DNA of 64,000 nucleotides from Candidatus Moraniibacteriota bacterium (GTDB lineage Bacteria; Patescibacteriota; Minisyncoccia; Moranbacterales; UBA1568): NCBI GenBank assembly GCA_963743885.1, contig CAVURJ010000002.1, positions 109,020 to 173,019 of the forward strand, read 5' to 3'. Shown piece by piece: positions 9,272 to 17,736 of this stretch (position 1 is its first letter; each line of letters starts with the position of its first letter). The notes under the pieces were generated by a model. It saw only the letters and a program-made list of their open reading frames with translations, ran no database searches and was not told where the DNA came from. The position numbers and the translations under genes were made by a program.

Positions 9272-10018
9272 ATGTGGCAAGAAGCAGATTTTTCCGGCAT
9301 ATATCACAGGATTTCCAAGGATAGGAATCGCGGACACCCTCCGATTTCTCCGGATCCGAAGGAGTGGCCGAAGGAATGGAAGACCGTCCAGTATAAGACA
9401 TATCCGCGTTTGCCGAAGATAGATTTGTTGGATAGCCGGATTGATGCCAGTTTATCTTCCCTTCTTTCTAAGAGAACAACCCGTCGCGAATATACTGGGG
9501 AGCCGGTATCTTTGATGGAGGTTTCTTCACTTCTCCAATGTTCCTGTGGAATGATCAATGGGCGATCCAGAGCGCAGCCATCTGCTGGTGCGCGGTATCC
9601 TATAGAGGCGTATGTAGCTATCTTGCAGCAGGGTGGGGATCTCCCGGTAGGATTGTATCATTATGATGTTTTGCATCATCGATTGGATGTTTTGTCGGAT
9701 AAAAACATCAAGAGCGCGGATATCACGAAGTTTTTTACTTTTGATTGGACTGTGAAGGCTTCCGCTGTCATTATTTTGACGTCCGTTTTCGAACGAAGCC
9801 GGATGAAATATGGCGATCGGGGATATAGGTATGCGCTTCTTGAGGCCGGACATATTGGACAAGGAATCCATTTATCGATTGAGGCGATTGGTTTGGGGTG
9901 TTGCGCGCTTGGTGGAGCTGATGATATTGCCCTTGAACGTTGGCTTGATATCGATGGTATCAGTGAGTCGATCATGTATGTTATAGCGATAGGGAGACCA
10001 GTAGTGAAAGGAACATGA
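9272..10018 (+). CDS. SagB-type (McbC-like) FMN-dependent dehydrogenase of TOMM/LAP biosynthesis
   Basis: Nitroreductase-fold signatures: 'RRE(Y)' start, 'PSAGARYPIEAYV', 'GLYHYD', 'KYGDRGYRYALLEAGHIGQ', 'GLGCCALGG'. These match the SagB-type dehydrogenase domain. The ATG at 9272 is preferred over the TTG at 9266. Confidence 0.85.
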   Translation: MWQEADFSGIYHRISKDRNRGHPPISPDPKEWPKEWKTVQYKTYPRLPKIDLLDSRIDASLSSLLSKRTTRREYTGEPVSLMEVSSLLQCSCGMINGRSRAQPSAGARYPIEAYVAILQQGGDLPVGLYHYDVLHHRLDVLSDKNIKSADITKFFTFDWTVKASAVIILTSVFERSRMKYGDRGYRYALLEAGHIGQGIHLSIEAIGLGCCALGGADDIALERWLDIDGISESIMYVIAIGRPVVKGT

Positions 10019-11613
10019 TTATGGAGGTAGCGGATCAGAATCGAGTGTTGTTGCCGGACTCTTGGGAAGAGTTCTGTTGCATGAGCAGTTTTCTTCCGGC
10101 ATTTGGAGCGGATGTTTATCCGCTTGGTGAGGCGTATAAGGATGTTTTTGTGGCGCCTTCGAGGTATACATCGACGCTGTCTTTTTCCGAGAGGCTTGCG
10201 CTCGATATTGAGCGTAAAGCGCTCCATCATCTCCGGCCTGTGAAGGATGCCGCCGTTCTCCGGAACTGGGAAGGCGCGGTTCCTCTCAAGTGGAAGAAGT
10301 TGTTTGATTATCTCTATAAGGCCGGAATCACAAGGCATCGATACCCGACACTTGACCAGGTACATAATGATGAGCCGAAGATATATTGTATCCGCTCTGT
10401 AGCCGCTCCTTTGAAGAATGCGGAGTATCCCTCACCGTATATCCAGCATGGCCGATACGGATTTGGTGCATCGACGGAGTATGAGATAGCGCTCTCGAAG
10501 TCTCTTGGAGAACTGCTGGAGCGCTATATGTTCATCATGCGGAAGGATATCAAGACGTGGACAGCTTCCGTCCGCGAGCTTCGCTTGGAGAAGAAACATT
10601 TCCTTGACCCGTTTTTCGTTGATCAGTTCGCGAAGTGGCAGAAAGAACGTTTTCCCGCGTTTCGGTTTGACGATGAGAGCCAGTTCCGATGGGTGCATGG
10701 TAAATCGCTCATGACCGGCAAAGGAGCACTGATACCGACGCAGCTTGCTTATTGGCACTATCGTCAGATTGCTGGCGAACCGGTGCTTCGGTCCGGAATC
10801 ACGAGCGGCGCAGCTGGGATGTTCTCGCGGACGGAAGCGATCATCGGGGGTATCTATGAGATCATCCAGCGTGACGGATTCCTCGTCTATTGGCTGAACA
10901 GCATCGTGCCCGGAAGGATCGATCCAGCCTCTGTGATGGATGTAGACTCTCGCCGGCTGCTTGATGATTGTGAGCGATACGGTATCGATGTGCATATTCT
11001 CGATACGACGACTGAACTACGGATTCCGTCCGTGACAGTCGTATTGACCGACCGGTACGGTGGTGGCCCGGAAGTGGTTGTGGGGGCTGGATGTGACCGT
11101 TCTCCAGAGCGAGCCATCCATGCGGCGTTGGTCGAATCGCTCTCGAGCCGGTTTTGGTTGCGGTCTGCCATGGAAAAGGGGCGGAAGTATGCGCTTCCAG
11201 AATCTTATGAACCATTTGTTTCCGATATCCTTTTGCATGATAGGATTGTCTATTGGGCGAATCCTGGTATGCGGGAGAAGATCCAGTTCTTTCTTTCCGG
11301 TCCGATGAGGACGATCGACGAGGCCTTCCCGGAGAAGAGGGCGGATGTATCGCCAGGACAGGAGCTGGCCTGGCTCACCGAGCTTTTCCGGAAGAAAGGT
11401 CCAGCGTACGAGATCTTCTGTTATGAGGCGGAACATGAGGTGCTTGATGCTATCGGATATCATGTCATCATGTCAGTCATTCCGGCGATGCTGCCGATGT
11501 ACCTCGATGAGACACGGGCGCCGCTCGGCCATCGGCGGCTCCATGAAGCGTGCCGAGCACTTGGCTATGAGCCTCCGGAGCATCCGAATCTGGTACCGCA
11601 CCCATTCCCATGA
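10015..11613 (+). CDS. YcaO-domain cyclodehydratase (TOMM 'D' protein) with about 150-aa N-terminal extension and PxPxP C-terminus
   Basis: ATP-binding YcaO N-motif 'GFGASTEYEIALSKSLGELLERY' and core 'SGITSGAAGMFSRTEAIIGGIYEIIQRDGFLVYWLN'. The C-terminal 'VPHPFP' is the proline-rich tail typical of azoline-forming YcaOs. The start overlaps the SagB stop (ATGA). Confidence 0.85.
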   Translation: MIMEVADQNRVLLPDSWEEFCCMSSFLPAFGADVYPLGEAYKDVFVAPSRYTSTLSFSERLALDIERKALHHLRPVKDAAVLRNWEGAVPLKWKKLFDYLYKAGITRHRYPTLDQVHNDEPKIYCIRSVAAPLKNAEYPSPYIQHGRYGFGASTEYEIALSKSLGELLERYMFIMRKDIKTWTASVRELRLEKKHFLDPFFVDQFAKWQKERFPAFRFDDESQFRWVHGKSLMTGKGALIPTQLAYWHYRQIAGEPVLRSGITSGAAGMFSRTEAIIGGIYEIIQRDGFLVYWLNSIVPGRIDPASVMDVDSRRLLDDCERYGIDVHILDTTTELRIPSVTVVLTDRYGGGPEVVVGAGCDRSPERAIHAALVESLSSRFWLRSAMEKGRKYALPESYEPFVSDILLHDRIVYWANPGMREKIQFFLSGPMRTIDEAFPEKRADVSPGQELAWLTELFRKKGPAYEIFCYEAEHEVLDAIGYHVIMSVIPAMLPMYLDETRAPLGHRRLHEACRALGYEPPEHPNLVPHPFP

Positions 11614-11662
11614 TCCTAGAAATGATGATTTTGTCAAAAGCGGTTGTCTTCAGTGGGGGAAT

Positions 11663-12058
11663 ATGGTACAGTCTAAGTACTTTCGTGTCGTGTCATTCGT
11701 AATTTCGATGCTGAATCCTATGGCCAAGACTTCCGTGAGAGCGGTCAGGCTCCTCTATTTGTCGATATTGACGCTTGTTGTGTTCGTAGTCGGGCTCTTC
11801 GCGAAGAATAGCGACAAAGCCACTCTATCCAAGGGAGACGAAGACGATGATTCGTTCAGGGTTCCATCGGCGTCGGCAGATACGCCTTCTGGCGCTGCTG
11901 CTTCCAGTGGCGCTAGCGCTAGCAGTGGTGACGGGTGGGATTGTAGCTCTAGTGGTTGTGGTTGTGCTGGTTGTGCTGGTAGTAGTGCTGGTAGTAGTGC
12001 TTCTGGTGCTGGTGCTGGTGCTGGTGCTGGTGCTGGTGCTGGTGCTGGTGGTGGTTGA
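11663..12058 (+). CDS. Candidate TOMM/LAP precursor peptide: leader with hydrophobic segment plus Gly/Ser/Cys/Ala-rich core (...DGWDCSSSGCGCAGCAGSSAGSSASGAGAGAGAGAGAGAGGG)
   Basis: In-frame small ORF immediately 3' of ycaO. The first ATG after the ycaO stop has a GGGGGA SD-like run. The C-terminus strongly resembles microcin B17/heterocycloanthracin cores and ends in a (GCTGGT)n repeat. Alternative starts are at 11708 and 11720. Confidence 0.5.
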   Translation: MVQSKYFRVVSFVISMLNPMAKTSVRAVRLLYLSILTLVVFVVGLFAKNSDKATLSKGDEDDDSFRVPSASADTPSGAAASSGASASSGDGWDCSSSGCGCAGCAGSSAGSSASGAGAGAGAGAGAGAGGG

Positions 12059-12090
12059 TTCCGTGTTCCGTATCGGAATTTAGTTTGGAT

Positions 12091-13155
12091 ATGAATACAA
12101 AAAATCAACGCACATTCAGGGTTCTTGCTGGATCAGTCGGGGTATTTTTTGTTTTCGTCGTTGGTATTGCCGTATGGAGCGCCGTGAAGGAGTACCCCGT
12201 GTCATCGTATGAGGCAGCTACGCACGCTTATCGTTCCGGGGATATGGCACGAGCGATAGCTGTTCTTGATGAGATGATACGTCGGGATGCTCGGACGGAC
12301 GAAACGCAGCCAGTCATAGCGAGGCGCTTTTTGGCTCAGAGTCTTTTCTTGCGCGATCGGGAGGGCGATCGCGTCCGGGCTATCGAGCTGCTCCGTGAGA
12401 TCGTTGAGAACCCTGCGGCGACGCCGGCTATGCGGGCTGCGGCGCTGAATGATATGACGGGGCTGTATATCGCTTCCGAGGATCGATGGATATTTGCAAA
12501 ACGCGCTATTTTCCAGGGCGATCTGTTCGGAGGATTCCTTAGGGATGATGGCGTACCGATGGCGATGAAGCGGATGATAGAATATGGGTATGATCTCCAT
12601 CCGACGCCTGACGCCGTGCTGTATATGGCGTATTGGTATGCGAGCTCGATACGTTCCAGCCGCGATGCGCCGAAGGATGAATACGTGCCGATGTTGTTGA
12701 AATGGCTCAATGAAGGAGAGAAGTTCTTTTCAGGGGAAAAGAAGTTCCGCCCCGAAGTCTATTCGAAGGAAGAGCTTGCCCAGCTTTATTTTCTTGATGC
12801 GGAAGCGCGGATGGTTTTAGCGCCATTAGCCTCGAAAGATTCGCCAACCATGATGGACGGCGAGGTATTGGTGGAGCAGGCGTACCAACGCGCTCTTTCG
12901 GCTTTGATGCCAGAAGACGATTTTCAATCGTATCAGCAAGGATTGGTCATCAGATTCCGTTATGCATCATTCTTGGCGAGTGCGTATGGGGATGCGCGTG
13001 CAGACGAGATACGTTCTTTGGTTGATCCGATAGTGCGTGCGCCGCGGAAATTTGCTCCTGATGATATCGTGACACCGATCGAGCGGATTGTACGCGGTAC
13101 CAAGAATGCTGATTTGGAACGTATCGCTCCTAGTATCTGGACTGCTGTACAGTAG
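12091..13155 (+). CDS. Membrane-anchored alpha-helical protein of unknown function, last gene of putative RiPP operon
   Basis: N-terminal TM (VLAGSVGVFFVFVVGIAVW) then a helical soluble domain. The ATG at 12091 is preferred over the TTG at 12055 used by the ORF track. Overlaps/abuts the precursor stop. Confidence 0.4.
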   Translation: MNTKNQRTFRVLAGSVGVFFVFVVGIAVWSAVKEYPVSSYEAATHAYRSGDMARAIAVLDEMIRRDARTDETQPVIARRFLAQSLFLRDREGDRVRAIELLREIVENPAATPAMRAAALNDMTGLYIASEDRWIFAKRAIFQGDLFGGFLRDDGVPMAMKRMIEYGYDLHPTPDAVLYMAYWYASSIRSSRDAPKDEYVPMLLKWLNEGEKFFSGEKKFRPEVYSKEELAQLYFLDAEARMVLAPLASKDSPTMMDGEVLVEQAYQRALSALMPEDDFQSYQQGLVIRFRYASFLASAYGDARADEIRSLVDPIVRAPRKFAPDDIVTPIERIVRGTKNADLERIAPSIWTAVQ

Positions 13156-13181
13156 TAGGTGCCCACTTTCGTATCGAGGAT

Positions 13182-13309
13182 TTATTATCAAACGAAGCGA
13201 GTGAAACGAGTCCACTAGCTGGCGGAGAGGGATTGGGTCCAAGACTTGCCTGTCCGAATCGTTATGTGAATCGTTGCAGGCGGGTTCTGGAATTCAATAC
13301 CCGTTATTG
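13182..13309. repeat. Copy A of intergenic repeat family (TTATTA(T/C)CAAACGAAG.GAGTGAAACGA ... AATACCCGTTATTG)
   Basis: Shares the 5' 30 nt and the 3' 'AATACCCGTTATTG' with copies at 48567, 58342 and (partial) 20920. Confidence 0.6.
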
Positions 13310-13370
13310 AAAAGTAAAAACCAGCTGGAATTTTTTATAACCAGCCGGTTTATGTAATACTGTTTCATTT

Positions 13371-14027
13371 TCAGAATTTGATGAGCGTCTTGTCGGCGCC
13401 AGCGTTCCGTCGGTACGAGATGATATCGAAATCATATCCATCACCGCGGCAGCGTATCTCGATGCCGGCCTCCGGAAGATGCCAGCATGTGAACTTCTCT
13501 GGGCTTGACATGCTGTAAGAATGCCTGATTTTACGCTCGATGCGTAGGGCACGTACGGTATGTGGAGTGCCATCGATGGAACGGATGGAGATGTTTTCCC
13601 ACCCGGAGATGTACCCCTCGGTAACGGTGGATCCGCGCTTTCCGTCTGAGGCGGACCAGGCGGTCGTCTTGGACCAGGAACTTCCCGGGCAGATCGGGTA
13701 ATTGTAGTACATCGAATCGTATTCGAAACGGAGTTCTCCAAACCTGCCGGCCCAACGGTTTACATGGTTGAGATCGCTCGTGAGAGTGCCGTTCCAGTTA
13801 TCCACGAATCGGCCTTGGGCGTCGGTTTTCACGATTCTGTACTGCCATTGTTTTCCGGCCCGGTTTTCATACACCCACATGTCGCCGACCGAATAAGCGG
13901 GGCGTCCGATGCATTCTTTTTGTTGCGTGGATGCCTCGGACGCTTGGTTCGATTGCGCATTCGCAGCGGAGAAAGGCATGATGATAAACGACAGGGCGAG
14001 AAGAAGCGATGAAAGAAAGCTTTTCAT
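13371..14027 (-). CDS. Secreted protein (signal peptide), paralog of ORF 17737-18375
   Basis: Signal peptide 'MKSFLSSLLLALSFIIMPFSAANA'. Conserved blocks shared with its paralog: YSVGD.W, Y.YPI.PG.SW, (D/Y)GKRGS, RALRIERK, FTCW.LPEA..E.RC.GDG.DF. Confidence 0.55.
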   Translation of the reverse strand: MKSFLSSLLLALSFIIMPFSAANAQSNQASEASTQQKECIGRPAYSVGDMWVYENRAGKQWQYRIVKTDAQGRFVDNWNGTLTSDLNHVNRWAGRFGELRFEYDSMYYNYPICPGSSWSKTTAWSASDGKRGSTVTEGYISGWENISIRSIDGTPHTVRALRIERKIRHSYSMSSPEKFTCWHLPEAGIEIRCRGDGYDFDIISYRRNAGADKTLIKF

Positions 14028-14111
14028 GGAAACCTCCGAGTTGTTAAGGTATGGGGGATGTCATATACTGAAGTAGATGACATACTGGCAATATGCACCT
14101 TTTTTGTAGTT

Positions 14112-14123
14112 TTGTCAAGTATT
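14112..14123. promoter_or_regulatory. TTGTCAAGTATT motif immediately upstream of ORF 14128 (shared with 18460-18479)
   Basis: The identical 12-mer also occurs as part of a palindrome upstream of ORF 18553. Confidence 0.4.
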
Positions 14124-14127
14124 CGCT

Positions 14128-15780
14128 ATGGAAAAATCTGGAGTTTTTGCGCACTTGAAACAGGAAATCGCTGATAAAGTGGTTGTTTTTGGCCGCAATC
14201 AGCGGATAGCCGGTCTATTCGGACGGCAATCCGCGTGGCTTTTTGACTTCCGTAACATATTCCTTGAGCCGGAGATTTTGGAATCCATAGCGGATCTTTT
14301 TTTCGAGCGGATGGCAGCGGAGAACATCGAGGTGCCGTACCAGGTCGGTGGCGTGGAGACGGCGTCCATACCGCTCGTGGCCGGCATCGTGATCGGCGCG
14401 AAGAAGCGCAGCCTTGATATCAACGGTTTTTTCGTGCGCAAGTCCCGCAAGAAGAGTGGTTTGCTCAAGATGATCGAAGGGCAGTTCCGCGAGCGGGACG
14501 TGGTGCTGGTCGATGATCTCATGAATACCGGGCAGAGCCTGATCCGTCAAGTGGAGATCATGGAGGGTTTGGGTCGGAGAGTGCGGGCCGTATTCGTCAT
14601 CCTGCGTTTCCGGGATGAAGCGTACTACCGGTATTTTCATGAGCGCGGCATCCGGATCATCAACCTCTTCACGCTTGATGATTTCGGTCTGCAGCTCGGC
14701 GGTGATGAGGCTCAGGAAACGAATCGGATGCCGTTTCGGAAGGAGTGGGTCTTCCGGAGTCCAGATCCAGACCTCTTCATCGTTGCGCCGAAATCAGCGC
14801 CAGCGATCGACGACCTGAGACTGTATTTCGGGACTGATAGCGGCCGGTTCTGGGCGCTGGACAAGAAGAGCGGGGAAACGATCTGGGAGTATCGTATCGG
14901 TCTTCGGAAACGCGGCAATGCCATACTTTCCTCGCCAGCGCGTATCGGCGATTTGGTCTGTTTCGGTGCCGATGATGGTAATATCTATGCGCTTGACGCG
15001 GAGACAGGAAAGCGCCGATGGGTCTTTATGGAAGCCGATCGCGTCGCGGCGTCACCGTGTGCCGTGCCGGCCGAAAGAATGCTGCTTGCCGGGATCGGGA
15101 CAGGCATCTGGAGCAAGCAGGGGAGCGCGATCGCTCTCGATGCGCGGACCGGGAAGAAACTTTGGGAATACCGGACGCCGGCACCGCTCCATGCGTCACC
15201 GAAGCATTCGGCGAAACATGGGCTGGCAGTCTTCGGGTCTGAGGATGGGAGCGTATACGTGCTGGATGCCCGGACGGGAGCACTCCGATGGAAGTTCGTT
15301 TCCGGCGGTGCAATCAAGGGCTCGTTCGCTCTTGATGAGAAGCGCGGGCTGGTTGTCTTTGGTTCGTATGACGGCTTTGTCTATGCGCTCGATATCGGAA
15401 GCGGTCGCGAACGATGGAGGTTCCGCACTGAGGCAGGCATCCATTCTGATCCGCTCATCGAGGAGGATACGGTGATAGCGGCATCGCTCGATAAGCGTCT
15501 TTACGGCATCTCGCTTGATGATGGCGCGCGCCGCTGGATGTTTGATGCGCGGAGCCGGATCTTCGCATCGCCGATCTTCGCGGATGGGAAGATATATGTC
15601 GGCTGCAATAACGGCCGATTCCATGAGGTCGATCCGGCGACCGGCCGGGAGACGGGGTTCTTCCAGACGACGGAACGGATCACGACGAGAGCCATCTATG
15701 ATCCGGCGACTGGGCGGTTCTATATATCGACGTTCGCGAATGAGGTATACTGCTTATATCAAGATGATAGCGAGGATTAA
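14128..15780 (+). CDS. Fusion protein: type I phosphoribosyltransferase (PRTase) domain plus PQQ-like beta-propeller repeats
   Basis: N-terminal PRPP-binding motif 'VVLVDDLMNTGQSL'. The C-terminal half has at least 7 repeats of '(D/N)G.(V/I)YALD..TG...W.(F/Y)' typical of PQQ/BamB-like propellers. Confidence 0.6.
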   Translation: MEKSGVFAHLKQEIADKVVVFGRNQRIAGLFGRQSAWLFDFRNIFLEPEILESIADLFFERMAAENIEVPYQVGGVETASIPLVAGIVIGAKKRSLDINGFFVRKSRKKSGLLKMIEGQFRERDVVLVDDLMNTGQSLIRQVEIMEGLGRRVRAVFVILRFRDEAYYRYFHERGIRIINLFTLDDFGLQLGGDEAQETNRMPFRKEWVFRSPDPDLFIVAPKSAPAIDDLRLYFGTDSGRFWALDKKSGETIWEYRIGLRKRGNAILSSPARIGDLVCFGADDGNIYALDAETGKRRWVFMEADRVAASPCAVPAERMLLAGIGTGIWSKQGSAIALDARTGKKLWEYRTPAPLHASPKHSAKHGLAVFGSEDGSVYVLDARTGALRWKFVSGGAIKGSFALDEKRGLVVFGSYDGFVYALDIGSGRERWRFRTEAGIHSDPLIEEDTVIAASLDKRLYGISLDDGARRWMFDARSRIFASPIFADGKIYVGCNNGRFHEVDPATGRETGFFQTTERITTRAIYDPATGRFYISTFANEVYCLYQDDSED

Positions 15781-15842
15781 TGGATGTTGTGTAGTGCAGC
15801 TTATTAGTTTCGTTTTTTCTTTAGGTGCTTGTGTAGAAATAT

Positions 15843-16514
15843 ATGTCTGAGATACCCAGATATTATGCTGCTCTTATCGATGATCATTCCCGCGCTCTAC
15901 TGGCGATAGGAAAGAATTTTCCGGTAGTGGCGATGCTTGCGGGATGTACCCCGGATACAAGGCTGGATTTTTCGGTGGATTGGCCGAATTATCTCGGGAG
16001 GGTTTCTGGCGGGGTTCTCTTCAGGATTGTCCGGTCAGAAGAATATCCTCTTTGGAGGTGGGAGTTCGCGTCGAGGAAATTCTTGAGAACGCCGAAGACC
16101 GTTCTGAATGATGGTTTGCGAGAGAAATCGCTATTAGCCATGGCAAAATACTTGGCTTTTGAAAGAGTCATCTGGCATCTGGATGTGGTTAGAATCAGAT
16201 TTTCTCGGGGGGTTGCTTTTCAAGAGACAGTTTTTTTCGAGAAGCAGCGGGAGGCATTGATGTTCCGCGAGTCCGGATATGACGAGAGTATGGCAATAGA
16301 GTGTCCGTATGTGCTGCAGTACGCGGATTTTTCCGGTATTTCGCTGCAGCAGGCTGCTGATGATATCCTGCTCAAATCGAAATTCGATAGGGACTTGCTC
16401 ATGAAGACCGAGCTTTTACGTCTTAAGTTTTTTCGGCGCATCAAGGAAGCTCAGAAGCCGGAAGAAGTCGCTTTGGTTATCAGGGATTTTTTCAACGATT
16501 ATTATACGAGTTAA
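15843..16514 (+). CDS. Hypothetical protein
   Basis: 223-aa ORF between the propeller fusion and the PP-loop enzyme, no motif recognised. Confidence 0.4.
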   Translation: MSEIPRYYAALIDDHSRALLAIGKNFPVVAMLAGCTPDTRLDFSVDWPNYLGRVSGGVLFRIVRSEEYPLWRWEFASRKFLRTPKTVLNDGLREKSLLAMAKYLAFERVIWHLDVVRIRFSRGVAFQETVFFEKQREALMFRESGYDESMAIECPYVLQYADFSGISLQQAADDILLKSKFDRDLLMKTELLRLKFFRRIKEAQKPEEVALVIRDFFNDYYTS

Positions 16515-16526
16515 TGATTTTTCGGT

Positions 16527-17630
16527 ATGGGTGCGAATCTCCTGTATTACACGACAAAAATTACGGTTGACCCAGAAAATTTTCATTTTTCTGGCATGCG
16601 CCTTCTTGGGCGATTTACGAGCCTGTATGGACCGCTGGTGGATTTTATCGATAGGACCGGTACCATAGTGACGCCGATCCGTACTGCGTCAATGTTTCCG
16701 ATGCCGGCGTATCGGCCGATTACGAAGACGTTTGAGGAAATTTGCAATGAGCGGGCGCAAGAATTGTTGGCGCGCGCTGATCAGCTCAATGCCCGTTTTT
16801 ATGTCTCTTATTCTGGCGGTATCGATAGCACGCTAATGCTTGTATCCTTGCTCAAGAACGCGACGTTGCGGCAGAAAGAGAATATCGTAGTCCTGCTTTC
16901 TGATGAATCCATAGCAGAAAATCCGAATTTTTATCGGGACCACATCTGGGGGAAACTCCGGACTGATTCTATCGAGATGTTCCCGTATCTGCTCGGTACG
17001 GACGCCATGTTCGTCGGCGGCGAGCATAATGATCAGTTGTTCGGATCGGATATGATGGGCAAGCTAATCGTTCGTTTCGGCCCGGAAATCATCCAACAGC
17101 TGTATAAGAAAGAGACGTTCCGTACGTTTTTCGGGGAATTGCTTGGCGATGATGTTGAGGCGCGGGAGTTTTATCTTGATCTGTTCGAGCGATTGAAGGA
17201 TGCTGCACCGATTCCTATCGTGACGAACCATGATTATCTCTGGTGGATCAATTTCTCGCTGAAGTGGCAGGTCGTATTTATGCGTATGTTGTCGCGCATC
17301 TCTCCGAGGAATGCGCCTCGTATAGGTAAGGGATATCTCCGGACAAGGTACGATCATTTTTATACCACTGACGATTTTCAATTATGGAGCTTGAATAATC
17401 CTGAGAAGAAGATCAAGGATAGGTGGAATACTTACAAGTGGCCGTGCAAGGATATCATCTATGGGTATACGGGCGATGCCGAATATCGCGACCACAAGAT
17501 AAAGCGCGGATCGCTGTATTCCGTTCTTGCACAACAGGCGTCATTTGGTTTCATCGATGATTCGATGATGTTCCATCGGTCGCTTGATTTGAGCAAGTAT
17601 TATAATGAAAGCAATGACTTTGCGCGTTGA
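16527..17630 (+). CDS. Stand-alone asparagine-synthetase-like PP-loop ATP pyrophosphatase (AsnB C-terminal domain homolog, no glutaminase domain)
   Basis: 'FYVSYSGGIDSTLMLVSLL' is the SGGxDS PP-loop, preceded by the AsnB-type helix (EEICNERAQELLARADQ). At 367 aa it is too short to carry an N-terminal glutaminase domain. Confidence 0.55.
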   Translation: MGANLLYYTTKITVDPENFHFSGMRLLGRFTSLYGPLVDFIDRTGTIVTPIRTASMFPMPAYRPITKTFEEICNERAQELLARADQLNARFYVSYSGGIDSTLMLVSLLKNATLRQKENIVVLLSDESIAENPNFYRDHIWGKLRTDSIEMFPYLLGTDAMFVGGEHNDQLFGSDMMGKLIVRFGPEIIQQLYKKETFRTFFGELLGDDVEAREFYLDLFERLKDAAPIPIVTNHDYLWWINFSLKWQVVFMRMLSRISPRNAPRIGKGYLRTRYDHFYTTDDFQLWSLNNPEKKIKDRWNTYKWPCKDIIYGYTGDAEYRDHKIKRGSLYSVLAQQASFGFIDDSMMFHRSLDLSKYYNESNDFAR

Positions 17631-17736
17631 TAGATACCTATTTTCTAGCGTGGTTGAGATAAATAAAATCAGGTATGAGCAAAAAAAGTCCTATACCGAT
17701 TCCGGTATAGGATCCATGCTTTTGAAGGCTTGGCCG

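Noticed and set aside
11755-12108. Minus-strand ORF encoding PAPAPAPAPAP, and plus-strand ORF 11847-12083 encoding VLVLVLVLV.
   Set aside because: Alternate-frame readings of the (GCTGGT)n microsatellite. The frame continuing from the Cys/Ser-rich region and following ycaO is preferred.
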